Assembly: GCF_006345805.1 (NCBI RefSeq)
Contig: NC_043007.1
Span: 8,122,001-8,186,000, forward strand
Direction of reading: 5' to 3'
Length of the DNA: 64,000 bases
Source of the DNA: Octopus sinensis
Taxonomy: Eukaryota
Below, in pieces: positions 50,461 through 64,000 of this stretch (the first letter of the stretch is position 1; each line of letters opens with the position of its first letter). The translations under genes and the position numbers were made by a program. A model generated the notes under the pieces. The model saw nothing but the letters and a program-made list of their open reading frames with translations, ran no database searches and was not told the DNA's origin.

Positions 50461-53400
50461 GTAAGTTAATCTCTCTAATCCTCTGCATGGAGATTAACCC
50501 TTTGAACACCAATTCACCCGAGACTTCTTCTAGTTCTACAAATCCAACTTATTGATTTTAGGTGATATAAATTAAGCCCTTCCATCAAAATTTCATGGGA
50601 ATTTCAGTTCCAAAGACCCTTTTTATTTTATTGAATTCCTCATTATTTTCAAAACCAATTGAAATACAAGCAGGATGTTCTAACAGGAATATGGTAAAGG
50701 AAAGGTAAATAAATAATAATTAGTCACTAAGCCCCTATTTATGTAAGTTTAGGAGACAAACATTTAACTGTATATCTAATTACATATGACAGTAATGTTT
50801 CTTAACATAGGGACAATGTCTGAAATTTGGGAGGAGGGGGTTAGTTGAGTACTTTGATCCCTGTACTTGATTGGTACTTTATTTCATCCCTGAAGGATGA
50901 AAGACAAAGCCAACCACTGCGATTTGAACTCTGAGCATAAATACCACACAGTGTTTTGTCCAGCTCTAATGCTTCTTCTAATCCACCATTCTTTGATATC
51001 GTTTCTAGCATAGGTACAAAGCCCTAAATTCGAGCAGGGTGGGGATTGAAAGACACTACTTCATACCAACACACCACCAACAACAACAGCAACAGTAGTT
51101 ACACACTTTCCTCTCAAGACAAAAGTGGAGCATCTGTGTTCATTTGACCAGTTAAAAATGGTAGCTATATTGCCCTCAAAGCAATGCTTACCTTTTTTAA
51201 AGAAGAAATGACTATTAGATAATGTAGTCTTCAAAACATACCTGAGGGAATGAAGAATAATTAAAAAAAGAAGGCAGGATGGGCTAAACTGGAAAGTCTT
51301 TTATTATTGCTGATGAAACCAGCCACAAGAACAACAACAACATGTCTCTTTAAATGAGTTGCTGAATTCCTCACTACAGTAAGATGGTGAGGTGTGCAAT
51401 AGCTGAAAGAAAGAATTGGTACTCCTTTTAAAGTTTTGGTACTCTATAGATTTTATGTCCTTTTACCACCACCACCATCTTCATCACTACCATCATCATC
51501 AATATCTCTACATCCACATTTCCAAGCTGGTATGGGATGGACAGGTCATTAGGACCTGCGCCAGTTCTTTTTTCAGAAGTTACTACCCTCCTAGATATGT
51601 CAAAAGACCACTTTTCAGTTAAAACCTTCCATTTGTTTAATTCCATGGTTTCATGCTGAGACCTTCTGCCTAGCACCAACCACTTTACCAGGTGTACTCG
51701 ATGTATTTCATCATGGAACCAGCACCAGGAAAGTTTTCGTGTCTTCTGACAGACAAAGGGATAATCTCAACCCTACATTGTCTCCATTCACCTGTCAATT
51801 TCTGTATATCCAGTGCATTTAATGAGGCACCCTCACCAATGGTGACTAGAAGAGGGAGTGGGCAATTAAAGGTAATACTTTCACCTTAAGGTGGACACTA
51901 CAGTGTCAGATAATAAAGGTAGTACAGGTGTTGTTGTTTAGCCTCATGTTGTCAGCCTGCATCGAACACACTGAAACTGAAAAGCATTTCACCCATGACC
52001 ACTCCATCTGTTCAAGTCTGTATTGTCCAACAGGTTCATTCTTTTCTCTTGTTTAAGATTGTGGAGGTTGTGATTTGAGTGAGATTCAATTGTTTTTTCT
52101 TGCAAATCATGATAATAATAATAAAGAGTAATAATGGTTTCTCAATATGGCATGATGCCAACTGTCCCTTGTATTAGACTGGTGTCATTTTGTCAACCCC
52201 TGAAAGGACAAAAGCAAAGTCGACTTCAGTAGGATTTTGAACATGGCATGTAAAGAGGTGGAAGAAATGATGCAAGGCATTTTTTCCAAGCTCTAGGTTC
52301 ATTACAACTCTTCAGGAAAGGGTAAAAGAGGGGACAGAAAAAAAAACAAGCATAAGTTGAGTGAAAAAAGACAGCAATAAATGCTAGAATTACAGGATAA
52401 AAGATGAAGACAAAAAATGGAACCATAAAAGAGCCATAAAGAAGAAAGGTTACACAGGTACGTCAGGAGTAGAATTGGTAAATTTCAGGAAGCATGGAAT
52501 CTTTGGAAGATGTAGTATCTTGACAGCTGACAAATGGCATGGGTAATTCATTCTTTGCTTTGACAATTCTGTGTGAAATATGTTGAAATTCTTTCCAATG
52601 GCTTGTGATGTTAGTTATGCAGAGTAGTGATGATGATGCTGGCAATAATAGTGATGATGATGATGATGATAACTTTTCAACATTGTCACCATGAAAGAAT
52701 GAATATATTTTATTTCTTTATAATGTATTTTTATTGTTTTTCTCCTTTTTAACTTTTGTAGAGAGTTCTTATCGGCCATATTAATCATATATTGTAGAAC
52801 TTTCTCTGAAATTCTTTTAACTTTGGATGAGAATGGTAATCCATCTTCAGTTTATAGTCCCTTGCTGATCAGAATGATTTGTTTTCTAATCTCAAAAGAT
52901 ATTTATTTGTTTTTATTGTTGCAGTTGTTGTTGTTATCTCTATATATAATCTTATATATATTTATTTATTCAATTTATGTTGATTGGTTATTTTGCTTTT
53001 GGAAGCTATCTTGGAGATAGAGCTTTGATTTCCCTTTGGAATTCTGTGACAAATCTCTTTGTACTCTTTGATCTCTGTATATATTTTTTAAAAATTCATC
53101 AATATGTTGTTATTGTTTATTATTATTATTATCATTATTATTATTAAAGAAATTGGTTTCTGTTAAAACTGGTTGCTATCAATGGCACTATTTGTTTGGT
53201 GGCTTCTTTGAAAAATTCTGTTTGGCGAAAATGTTTTGATTAACTCTTTCTTAACCTTATTTGCAATGCAATATACTGTGTGTTTCGATTAATTTTCATA
53301 ATAATGCCGACTTTGAAGGAATTTAATAAAATAACCAAATTTTTGCATTATTAAGTTGATGTTTAGAACTTAAATGATTGAAATTATACTGGAGAATTTT

Positions 53401-55381
53401 TATTTGAATATGAACAGTTTAGAATGAGATTTTTTGTGTTGTAGAACTAAGAATGGTCTCAGGTTGGAACCAAAAGGGTTAAAACTGTAGATTAGTATTC
53501 TCTCTATCTCTCTCTCTCCTTTTTTTTTTGTTGTGTGTGTGGTGGTGTGCATCCATTTCACATTTTGTTTCCCTGTGTTGTACGGAACGGCAGGAAGACT
53601 CTGTAATCTCTATTTTTATTTTATTGCTTCTTCTTGAGGATGGAATTGGCAGTGTAACGAAAAAAGATATTTGAGCTAAAGATATAGATGACTCCCCCAA
53701 TATTGGTGGGGGTGATGATGTTGTTTAACTACTGGCTAACCTCAATTGAGTAAACTAATTAAAGGTGTTATGACTATGATCATCCTATCTTTTTAGAGTT
53801 TACCTTCAGAACACATTATGTGAGGTGTTCTTTTTTTCTTTTTTAAAGAAGGCAGAATGTAATTTATGGGGTATTTGGCTGTTATGTCTAGCAGGTTGAG
53901 TGCAGGATCTCTCTTATTGGTTTGGTTTTATGCATTCTGTTGATGGCATTGTCTCTATTGTAGCATGAAAGAGAGAAAGATGGAGAGAAAGAGCAAAAGA
54001 GAGATGGAAATAGGGAGAGAGACAAAGAAAAGTGGGGGGGGAGTCTAGTAAACAAAAACAAAGATGAGAAGGGGGTATATCCTTGTCTTTTTACTAGTTT
54101 CAGTTGTTGCATTGTGGCCATGCTGGAGGGCCGATTAGCCATGCATTGAAGGGGCTGATTAGTCACTTTTGCTAAACCAGTAAATCATGGGGACATAAAC
54201 AAACCAACACCAGTTGTCAAGCAGTGGTGGAGGACAAGAAGGAACACACACACACACACGTTGGGCCATTTTCGGTTTCCATCTCCCAAATCCATTCACA
54301 TAGCTTTTGTTGGCTCAAGGCTGTAATAACAGACTCTTGTCCAAGGTGCCATACAGTGGGACTGAACCTGAAACCATGTGGTTTGGTAGCTTACCACACA
54401 GCCATGCCTGTATCTTTGTTGATTTGTCTGTAGAATTTAGATGGATAGGACAGGTTTAAAGAAGAATTCCCTATACAATTAGGGCAGTGTATGGTGGGGT
54501 GGGGGTCATTATGACCCTTAAACGAGTCTTTATATTTAGTCATTGTGAAAATGAAAATCAAAATAGCCCTTGACCTTAACTAAGTTTAGTGGGTCACCAA
54601 AAAAAAATCTCAGCCCTAGGTATGTCAAAGCTTATTTGATTTGGTAGAGTTGGTTCCTTTAACGAGTTCATTGACTTTGGCTGATAATTACATGATATTA
54701 AATAAAATGGCTCAATCTGGAATTGAAACTACGACATAGACTTGGCTTTCCAAGAACTTCTTTCCTGTTTATAGTCCTAGCCTAACATGAGAGTGAGTTA
54801 GCCTCTATATACTTGCTCAGTTTGCTAGAAATAGCAACTGAAACTCATATGACATCTTATTGTCTGCAATATAAAACACATTGGACAGTTTTGTTCACGA
54901 TATGCTATGACTGAATATGAAACAAAAAATATGGGATGGTCATGCCTAGAATAGACTTTTGATCACACATCTATCTACTCTGTCAATGCTGATAGAGTAG
55001 ACCTAGGGCTAAAAAACACTGCACTCAGGATATTTTATTATATCATTACATTGATATGATGATAAAGTGTCCAACTTGAAGAATTGTTAGCATAGCAGAC
55101 AAAATGCTTAATAGCATCTCATCAGTTCAAATTCCTCTAAGGTCAACTTTGCCTTTCAACCTTTCAGGGTCAATGAAATAGGGCCAAGTCAACCACTTCA
55201 CCTCCTCTCAAACATTGCTGGCCTTGTTCCAAAATAAGAAAAGAATATTATGATAATTATAATATTATTATGAGTTGTTATGGAATCTGAATTTCTGATT
55301 CACAAACCAGTTGTGCTACAATGAAGGAAGTCAACTCAACATTTTTGTATCGACTTTAAAAATACTTTTCTATGATTTCAG

Positions 55382-55462
55382 GCTAACCTGACTGGTACAA
55401 TAACATTTATGGTGGTTCCGGGCAATAACCCATACCATATCTTGTCCACAAATAACAATGCG
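55382..55462 (+). CDS. MPP5: MPP5 exon: PDZ C-terminal strand and PDZ-SH3 linker (81 nt, phase 0/0)
   Basis: gatttcag| acceptor, GCG|gtaagt donor. ANLTGTITFMVVPGNNPYHILSTNNNA. Not in the ORF track. Confidence 0.88.
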
Positions 55463-55642
55463 GTAAGTGAAACAGGAGAAGTTTTCTTGTTCTTCCTCTT
55501 TTGAATTCTTACTATTCTGTGTCATAGAAACATATCAATTGATGCAACATTTTAATTAGGAGAGAACTTTTTAATCCTTTAGCTTTCAGCTTACTTTCTC
55601 AAATGTGATGCTCATTTATTCATTGTTTTCAGTTAATAAAGA

Positions 55643-56611
55643 TAGACTGTGTACAACGCATGTGTACGAACAGCCATGCTACATGGCAGTCAAACATGGG
55701 CCGTGGCTGCTGAGGACATGCGTAAGCTTGCAAGGAATGAAGCTAGTATGTTCTGCTGGATGTGTAATGTCAGTGTGCATACACAACAGAGTGTAAGTAC
55801 CCTGAGAGAAAGTCGGACTTAAATATCAGATGTGGTGTGCAAGAGAAACGACTGCGCTGGTATGGTCATGTGTTATGAATGGATGAGAACAGCTGTGTGA
55901 AAAAGTGCCACACCCTAGCAGTTGAGGGAGTCTGTGGAAGAGGTAGATCCAGGAAGACCTGGGATGAGGTGTTGAAGCATAACCTTTGAACATTGGGCTT
56001 TGCCAAGGCAATGAATAGTGACCGAGACCTTCAGAGATATGCTGTGCTTGAGAAGATCTGGCAAGCCAAGTGAGACCATAACCTGTGGCCTATGCCAGTG
56101 GTGTATAGCCAGTCCTCTTATGAGTACCCTTCATTCATTTAACAAACTTTGCTTGCAAAGACCTGTTGAGGCAAGTGAAATCAAAATCGCTGACATGGCC
56201 GATGACAGTACTGCCTGATTGGCACTCATGCCAGTGGAACGTTAAAAGCACCATTCGAGCATGATCATTGCCAGCGTTGCCTTTCTGGCACATATGTCAG
56301 TGGCATGTGAAAAACATTTGAGTGTGATCATTGCCAGTGCCGCTGGACTGGCTCCTGTGGAGGTGGCATGTAAAGAACACCTTTTAAGCATGGTCGTTGC
56401 CAGTACTACCTGACTGACCCTCATGCCTGTGGCACATAGAAGCACCCACTACACTCTCGGAGTGGTTGTCATTAGGAAGGGCGTCCAGCTGTAGAAACTT
56501 TGCCAGATTAGATTGGAGGCTGGTGCACTCTTCTGGCTTGCCAGTACTCAGTCAAACCGTCCAACCCATGCCAGCATGGAAAGCAGATGTTTCATGATGA
56601 CGATGATGATG
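55643..56611 (+). mobile_element. Older 5'-truncated RTE copy (ORF C-terminus + 3' UTR + (GAT)n)
   Basis: Colinear with about 46950-47877, with more stops and indels. Confidence 0.88.
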
Positions 56612-57041
56612 ACAGACATTATCTTGTAGCTCTAAGACTTTAATGATGTGATTGCTTATTTTTTTTTTTTTTGCAATGACATCGTAGGGTTGGTGTCATA
56701 GGCCAAAGCAAGTGGAATCTTTTGGCCAGGTGTGACATGTTTAAATACTGAAGGATTAAACAAATTTTACAATGCTTAAGCTTAAGGCTTCCATTATATA
56801 CGTGCAATCTTATATAGAAGCAGTGATTCTGACTATCATAGAATTGCATCTCTCTTGAGTGGGGATCAGCAAAAATTGATCTCTTCAGGAAATTGATAAC
56901 TTATCAACCACCATCATAGAAATTTTTAAAGGAAATTTTTTAAAATGTGAGTGAAAACAGAAATTCATTTGTTCTTTTGTATCATTACTGCTTTTTAATA
57001 AGAAATAAATAAATTTAATGAAGATACTTAATGAAATATTA

Positions 57042-58318
57042 TGATGCTTGGCTGAAAAGTTCATAGGCTGACCAAGATACTTTCATGGAATGTGATCAAA
57101 TGAGGTTTAATTTTCAAAACAGACCCCTTGCAGTCTGTACACTCCTTCCATCGGTGTTGCAGTTCTTGGATCTCATTGGTGAAGAAGCTTTCATCATGTC
57201 GGTCAAAAAAGTCATCAACAGCAGATACGATACCATCACTGGAATATTGGTTCCTAGTCAAGTGTTTTGTCAGGTTGGGAAACAGGTAATAGTCAAATGG
57301 GGGCCAAATCAGGAAGATAAGGAGGGTGATCAACCAGTTCAAAGCCACAGTCATGCACAGAGACCATTGGAAGCAAGGACTTGAGTGCTGGAGCATTACC
57401 CTGATGAAACGAGAACCCTTTTCTCAGTTTTCTTGAGTGTTTGGTCCTCGTTACTTTTTGTAACTACCTCAGCAAGTTTGCATAGTACTCTCCATTAATG
57501 GTGTGGCCCTTTTGAAGATAGTCAATAAGCACAGGGCCTTTTGTATCCACAAAAATTGAGACCATCACCTTCCTTGGCAGATAAAACGACCTTGGCCTTT
57601 TTTGGAGCAGGTGAGGAGGGGCAGCTTTCACTGCATGAATTGTCTCTTTGTCTCTGGCTTAAAGTGATGAAGCCAATATTCATCCTGGGTTAAGAAAGTA
57701 CAAGGATACCAGCTGGAGCTGCCTCAAACAATGTCAGATTTTCTAATGAAGTGATCAACCTGGTGTGATTTTGATTGGGTGTTAGAAACCATGGCACCCA
57801 CCAAGCAAAAACCTTCACCATGCTAAGTTCATTGTGTAGAATATTCTCAACTCTCTCACAGGATATGCTAATAGCATTGGCTATTTGATTTATAGTCAAT
57901 CGCCTGCCATCCATCACCTTGTGGAGAACACGGTCAACGTTTTCCTTGGTGACGGCAGTTGCAGAATGTCCAGAAACTGAGTCATATGTAAGACTCTCCA
58001 TTTTCCTCATAAATTCAGCTCCCCATTTTTGCACTGTTGACAAAGCTAGAGCATCATACCCTAATGTATCAACCATGTCAGCATAAATGTCATGGGTGGA
58101 GCTGAACCATTTTTCTGCAGGTAGCACTACAATGCCAGGGTTTATCCATTTTCAAGAGGAATTGCTACTAATTACCTTTAAAGTCTTCTTTTGAAAGTCA
58201 AATGTCAGTTTACCTGGAAAGAAACAATACAGTTATTAATAAGAAGAGTTGAAATTAATGCATGCCAGATTTCACAGCCTTAGCATCACTCCTTCATAGT
58301 CAGTCTATGAACCTTTCA
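57042..58318 (-). mobile_element. Decayed Tc1/mariner (mariner-type) transposon
   Basis: TIR cores tgaaaagttcataggctgac (57053-57072) and gtcagtctatgaacctttca (58299-58318). Fragmented transposase with HTH region, WVP motif (WVPWFLT) and FDYYLFPNLTKHL (YSPDL/D34D region). Confidence 0.9.
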
Positions 58319-58806
58319 ATCATAGATTGATGTAGTTGGAATATTTAATATGAAATATGTTTTGATGTAATTGCATCAGTATTTGGCTGGAAATTAAATG
58401 GGTTTCAGCATTAAATTGTTTCACCCTTCCAAATTCAGTTCGCTACTAATTCAGTGCCCTTAATGCTCAAAATTTGGGGGTTTATCTTGACCACCTTGGG
58501 TGTGGCCATATGGAACCCTAGGGCTTCAACTATTGACCACTTTGCTGACCCTGCTTGACAACATTTGTGACTTGAAATGAAATCGCTGCAACTGAGAACT
58601 GAAATATTGTGACTGAATTTCGTTTACTGGAATGTAGCTTTGCTCTGTTTTGTTTGATAGTTTTAATATAGGAATATATTTCAGAAATTATTTTAATTAA
58701 ATTTTCTAATTATATATACATTTAAAAAAAAATTCTTACATGCAAATAAGTCAAAAGATTCAGTCTAATAATGGTTTCCCAATTCTCCCATCTTCGTCAA
58801 TTTCAG

Positions 58807-59009
58807 ATGTGTATTCGAGCTTTATTTAACTATGAACCTGAAGAAGATGATTACATTCCCTGTAGAGAACTTGGCATTTCATTCTTGAAAGGAGATATTC
58901 TTCATGTGATTGACCAAGAAGATATGCATTGGTGGCAAGCTTATAAAGATAAGGATCAGCAAGAGAATGCTATGGCTGGATTGATACCTTCAAAGCTCTT
59001 TCAAGAAAT
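58807..59009 (+). CDS. MPP5: MPP5 exon: SH3 domain (203 nt, phase 0/2)
   Basis: tttcag| acceptor, AT|gtaagt donor. MCIRALFNYEPEEDDYIPCRELGISFLKGDILHVIDQEDMHWWQA...AGLIPS is a p55-family MAGUK SH3. Confidence 0.95.
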
Positions 59010-59293
59010 GTAAGTTTATTGGAATTATGGTATTCTACTGCAACTGTTGTTGTTTGTGAAGATATTAGCAACCAAATTGTTATGCCGTCATGATAATTTC
59101 TTTTAGCTGAAATGAGAAACCAATTAGAAAACTTGTATGCAATTAGCCAATTTCTTTTAATTAGCACCCAAATCTCCCTCAAATTACACCCTGTCCATTT
59201 TCAATAATGGAATGGTTATACCCTTTGGTCTTAGACCTGCTTGATCAACAACATCAAAGCTGTTTATTCTTGCCTGCTGATATTGAAAATGTG

Positions 59294-59813
59294 TCAGTTG
59301 TTTTGGGGATTTTCTTCTAACACCTGAACCAGTTTAACTCTGGCACCTGGCCCTTTGATGCTTTTTATAGAGTTCACACTTTTATAAAATTTCAGAGTCT
59401 GACTCAAATCTGGGGATAATTCCCTCCTGTCAGTTTCAAAGGACCTGAAGAGGATCATGGACTCTGCCCTTTCTTCCCTTAGAGAATTATTTAGAATATT
59501 GATTCTGAATTCATAATGTTGTATTTCTTGTGCCAGAATGTTATTATTTTCTGTATTTACATTACTAAAATGATGTTAGTGTTTGGTTTCATTGCTATAA
59601 TGTGATATAAAACATATGTATAGGTTCTTCAGCCAATAATGTATTTTATACTGATTGGAGATAATATAGCTTTGCAATATATGTGTGATAACACTAGCTG
59701 GGGTTCAAAGACAACAACAACTAGACTTTATTCTGCTATGGTTCTTCTTTGTTAGATTTATTCTCTCACCCAGTTTAGCATTGCACCACCCGAAGGCCAG
59801 ATAGCACAGCTGC
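59294..59813 (-). pseudogene. Decayed antisense ORF of unknown origin
   Basis: One reading frame over about 170 codons with only two internal stops, including a 93-codon open stretch (59575-59297): HHFSNVNTENNNILAQEIQHYEFRINILNNSLREERAESMILFRSFETDRRELSPDLSQTLKFYKSV... Confidence 0.5.
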
Positions 59814-60589
59814 TAATGAAGACTCAAAAAAAAAGTTGAAACATGTACAGCTGTTCCTTTTTTCCCCCCCTTGTCTGCATATATCTTATACAAATTGTTT
59901 ACAGTCGTCATAACACACAGTTGGCAAAAAAAAAACTTACAAATATATTCTACAATACATTATAGCACAGCACATCTTCCTTATATTTTCTCCTTTTCCT
60001 CCTGGGATAGACTTGTATCTTCTCTGTAGTAAAACACCTGTTCCTGTCTCTCTGTTATACTTGACCCTCTCAACGGCTAGCATAAAGCCTCCTTTCTCAA
60101 TATTGCACTTCTACTCTGTCAAAGGGTTTTGCCTTGTGAATTATTTGATCTCACAAGTGCTGGTGCCACATAAAAAAGCAGTCCAGTACACTCTGTAAAG
60201 TGGTTGACATTAGGAAGGTTACCCAGACAGAGAAGCTGTCACCATGCCAAAGCAGTCACTTGGTGTCCTCTTGTTTGTTCCTGTTGAACTATCCAATCCA
60301 TGCCAGCATGGAATATGGATGTTAACTGATGATGATGGAGATATATATATATATTATATATGAGAGAGATAGTGAGAGAGTGTAACAATGATGGATATAT
60401 ATATATATATACATATATAGAGTTACAAAATCTTTCCTCTTCTATTTTCTAGGGAGGCCATAAGTCAACAGGTTTGGGATCTGGTGATACACTGTAAAGC
60501 TAAGTGTCTTATGGATGTGAAACCCAGGGTAATCCCATAAACCAGCCTTATCTAACTTTATCTGTATTATATATATATATATATATATA

Positions 60590-60620
<31 letters not shown>

Positions 60621-60646
60621 TACATGCACAATAAATATATCATTTC

Positions 60647-60679
<33 letters not shown>

Positions 60680-60962
60680 TTCAGGCTGTTCATAAATTAT
60701 CTTAACAACTTCCACAATTTATTGAAGTTGAAATCCATTAACATGTTAGGTGCAAGCAATGGAGACCACATGGAAGTGTTCTGATGTTTCTAATAAAACT
60801 TTGCTGCTGAATTATCCTTATTTTTCCTTATTTTTCAACAAATTCTGAAAGTAATTTATATATTCCCTGTATTTTATACATCATTTTATAACACATGCAC
60901 ACATTACCATTTAATGTCAAATAAGTATACCATATTGTGTATAATACATATACCATTTACAG

Positions 60963-61090
60963 GAGAGAAAGTCTCAAACAAGCTTTACTCCATGATGCTA
61001 AAGAAAACAAGAAGGGCCGAAGCTGCATTTGTTCGAAAAAGAATGCAAAAAAGAAAAAGAAAGGTCTGTACAACTTGACCGCTCGAGAAG
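60963..61090 (+). CDS. MPP5: MPP5 exon: HOOK region (128 nt, phase 2/1); GUK exons lie beyond the window
   Basis: tttacag| acceptor, G|gtaatg donor. (M)RESLKQALLHDAKENKKGRSCICSKKNAKKKKKGLYNLTARE is a basic HOOK segment; phase fits the SH3 exon. Confidence 0.88.
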
Positions 61091-61642
61091 GTAATGTCTG
61101 CATTTAAACCCATGTCAACCTCTGCTGGAAACAAACCCTTTATCTTGGGTCGGCTTCTCAGATCTATGGAGCATGCTTTGGTTACTCCCTCTGCTCTTTA
61201 TCTCGCTCTCTACCTTTCTGAGTACAAAGGTTCTGTTGTACTCCTTTACATCTCTGTTTGGTGTCCATCTTCTCAGAACTGACCAATCAGCTGTCGACAT
61301 TCCCAGTGTTTCTGCTAAGTGTTCACGACAGTCTATAGCCATCATTACAGCATGGATTGTGGGTGTGAAGTTGTGCCTTGTTCATTAAGTTTGGATCTAT
61401 ATTTGAGTGTTACTTATTTTAATAGATCTTAGGAGGATGAAAAGTAAAATCCACCCCAACAGGATTTGAACACAGAATGTAACTGAATATGTTTGCCATT
61501 ACCTCTACTCAAATGGTGGTGGCAGTGGAGATGATGGATTTCTGTTGCTTGACAATAAAGATTCAGTCATTATAGGGGTTCTCTACCTGTGGACTCCCTT
61601 TTGATTCTGATTTTATTCTGGTAGAACCCTGTAGCTTTTTAA

Positions 61643-61860
61643 CCCTTTTGTTACCATATTTCTGTTGAGATGCTCTGTGTTTTTCTCAATTTTAAATATA
61701 ACAAAGAATTTAGTAAACCAACTTAGTTATCATTAAGCTAGTGTAAAGAACATAAATTGTGACTAAGGTCTGGTGGAAGATTTTAATTCAGAACTTTTGA
61801 AAACAAGACATTTGTACTACAAAGCCAGAGCCAGTTTCAGCCAGTCTGCTATGGAAAGGG
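61643..61860. mobile_element. piggyBac-type MITE, same family as 12428-12633
   Basis: TTAA-CCCTTTTG...AAAGGG-TTAC; internal sequence shared. Confidence 0.65.
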
Positions 61861-62917
61861 TTACTGTTGAAAAACTAGTTTTTATAAATTCTTCTTTCAG
61901 AATTTCTATTTTGTTTTGCACACGTTCACTTGTGTAGGTTTACAATAACTTTCTCTGAGAGGATATTTCAGTGGCTGGAAACATGGTGAACTCCGTAAAA
62001 CATTAGAGAAAGAAACCTAATTATTTCTTGTAATAAACATGTCTAAAGCAAAATGTTTTCATGAACCCCCACTAAAATACTACTTTGGATTCCCAGTTTT
62101 ACTATTTTGCTTGTGTGGATCCCCAAAAATCTTATATGGATCCTCAGGGGTCATATGGACAGCGGTTGAGGAACACAAAGTTATTGAATGAACTGAATCA
62201 ATGTATAAAGGATGATATATGTTTTGAGTTCAAATTCCGGCAAGGTTGAATTTGCCTTTCATACTTCCAGGGTCAATAAATTAAGTATCAGTTGCATACT
62301 GGGGTTGATCTAATTGATTGGCCCCTCCCCCAAAATTTCGGGCCCTGTGCCTAGAGTAAAAAAAGAAAAGAATGTATAAAAGATGATTAAGCCTTCTGTC
62401 AGTATGCATACCCTTAATGTAATTCCCAACACAGAGTCAGTGTGTGTAACAAAGGTGTGCCTGGTGAATTGTAGGTACCATTCACTCAGTAGGCTTCTCT
62501 GCAGTTTCCAGTTACCCAATTTCAATCACAGTGTAGGTTGCCTTGAGGCTGTAGAAAATGATACCATAACGAGTGATTAAACTGAAGATTAAAGACTTAT
62601 GACTTAAACATCTTACCCATTCGGTCATACTGCACCAAACACCACTCTAATTACAACATTAATAGAAGTTTTAATTTAGTTATTAAAGAGTAAAGTTAAT
62701 TAAATGAATCTCTCAATATTAACTGTTATTTCTATTCCTTTCCCCCTCTGTGCCCCTTTCCCCCCCTCTCTCCTGTATTTTTGTATTCTTATTCTCTGCA
62801 TCTGCTTTCAGCTTTCCATTGCTGTCTTCTTTCTTTACTCAATGCTGCCTTCTCCCCCCCCCATCTCTTTCTGTCCTCTTCCAATCAGCTGTTGTACACC
62901 TGAGTGCAAGAAGCTCA

Positions 62918-63105
62918 TTATTACCTCCGCCTTAGCAAAGGTCAGCGTATTGTTTGTTTGTTTGTTTATCTGTGGACAAGATATCTCAAGAACCGCTGGG
63001 TGGATTTGGATGAAACTTTCAGGGATGTTTGGCCTCGTGACTGGCATGAACTGATTAAATTTTGGGATCGATCTTGTACCAGGCAAGGATTCTAGATTAT
63101 TTGTT
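62918..63105 (+). mobile_element. Second, 3'-truncated copy of the HINE-like element
   Basis: ttattacctccgccttagcaaagg...ggacaagatatctcaagaaccgctgg...gactggcatgaactgatt shared with 36588-36955. Confidence 0.6.
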
Positions 63106-64000
63106 ATATTTACTTTACATGATGACGATCTTACGTTCACTTTCAAGTCTTTCTCAATTATCTCCCTTTAAGCTGTTTCTAAAGTTTTATTTTCGTTTCT
63201 CTATTATTAATTTTACTTACATCTCTGTCTTAGTAGAAACTGATGGATAAAGAAATCAAACTTCATAAACAGACAGCGAAACCGTTCAGAAATTAAATAA
63301 CATATTTTTATAATATTACTAGCATTAAAGACCCGTTGTTGCTGGGTCATAGTGCTAGTGCATGTATATATGTGTATATATATATATATGTGTACATATT
63401 ACATGTACATCTATATATATATATATATATCTACACATAAAATACAAAATACAAAGTTATATCTTGATATCGCTAGTGATAACAATACTCAAAATATATA
63501 ACAGACTGGAATTGTTAGCCCGTCTCTTGTAATTTCGATCAATTGTATCTTGTCCTCCCTCTTGTATAGAAGTGTGGCTACAATCCAGCCTACCTCTACT
63601 TGGGGTAGGGGGTGCGCATTTAAAAATTTTTTCGTGGACGTCCTACATCCCAGATATAAAGGTAAAAATAAAATATTTCCACTTTGCAAGTTCAAGTCGA
63701 GTACTCCCTTGCACACTCCGTTGACTCGAACCTTGCTTCTATTGTGGCGAATCTACCGCCTCTGATTAGATACCTTTCATAGTCGCACCAAGACACTTTT
63801 CGAAGGTGCTTTCCTCCATGTGTTCAAATCTTCTTTTTTCTCTACATTGTATACTTTATAGACAATAGTCTTTTCTTTAATTTAATTTTTTATTATCCAT
63901 CTGGACTATTCCATTTCTGCACGCTAATTTTATTTTTAATTTATTCCCATTCATGTGAAACCACTTGTTCAAGTCATTGATGCAATTTTATACACATTGC

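Noticed and set aside
61901-62010. First GUK exon candidate after ttctttcag
   Set aside because: Phase-1 translation (EFLFCFAHVHLC...) has no GUK similarity and ends in a stop.

Overview
Repeat-dense, AT-rich animal genomic DNA. The SINE/RTE/microsatellite landscape points to an Octopus-type cephalopod (inferred, not proven). The backbone is eight + strand coding exons of a PALS1/MPP5/Stardust MAGUK gene: ECR1+ECR2, L27N, L27C, PDZ, SH3 and HOOK. All are GT-AG, phase-compatible and total 1947 nt = 649 codons. The first exon(s) and the GUK exons lie outside the window. The introns hold a near-full-length but frameshifted RTE LINE with a PHD-type finger, many RTE 3' ends, three tRNA-derived SINE families, a decayed mariner, several MITE types, two tandem non-autonomous Helitrons carrying a captured RTE 3' UTR piece, and relics of restriction-like-endonuclease retrotransposons. 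The best hidden signal is a ~350-bp tandem-unit element at two loci (23.1-23.5 kb; 42.0-42.7 kb, the latter a fold-back) carrying three type I hammerhead-ribozyme motifs with a palindromic helix III, i.e. a Penelope-pLTR/retrozyme-like system. A weaker, unresolved signal is a series of decayed antisense ORF relics, some with faint resemblance to bunyaviral L polymerase. All alignments and translations were done by eye; repeat boundaries are approximate unless a terminus or TSD is quoted.
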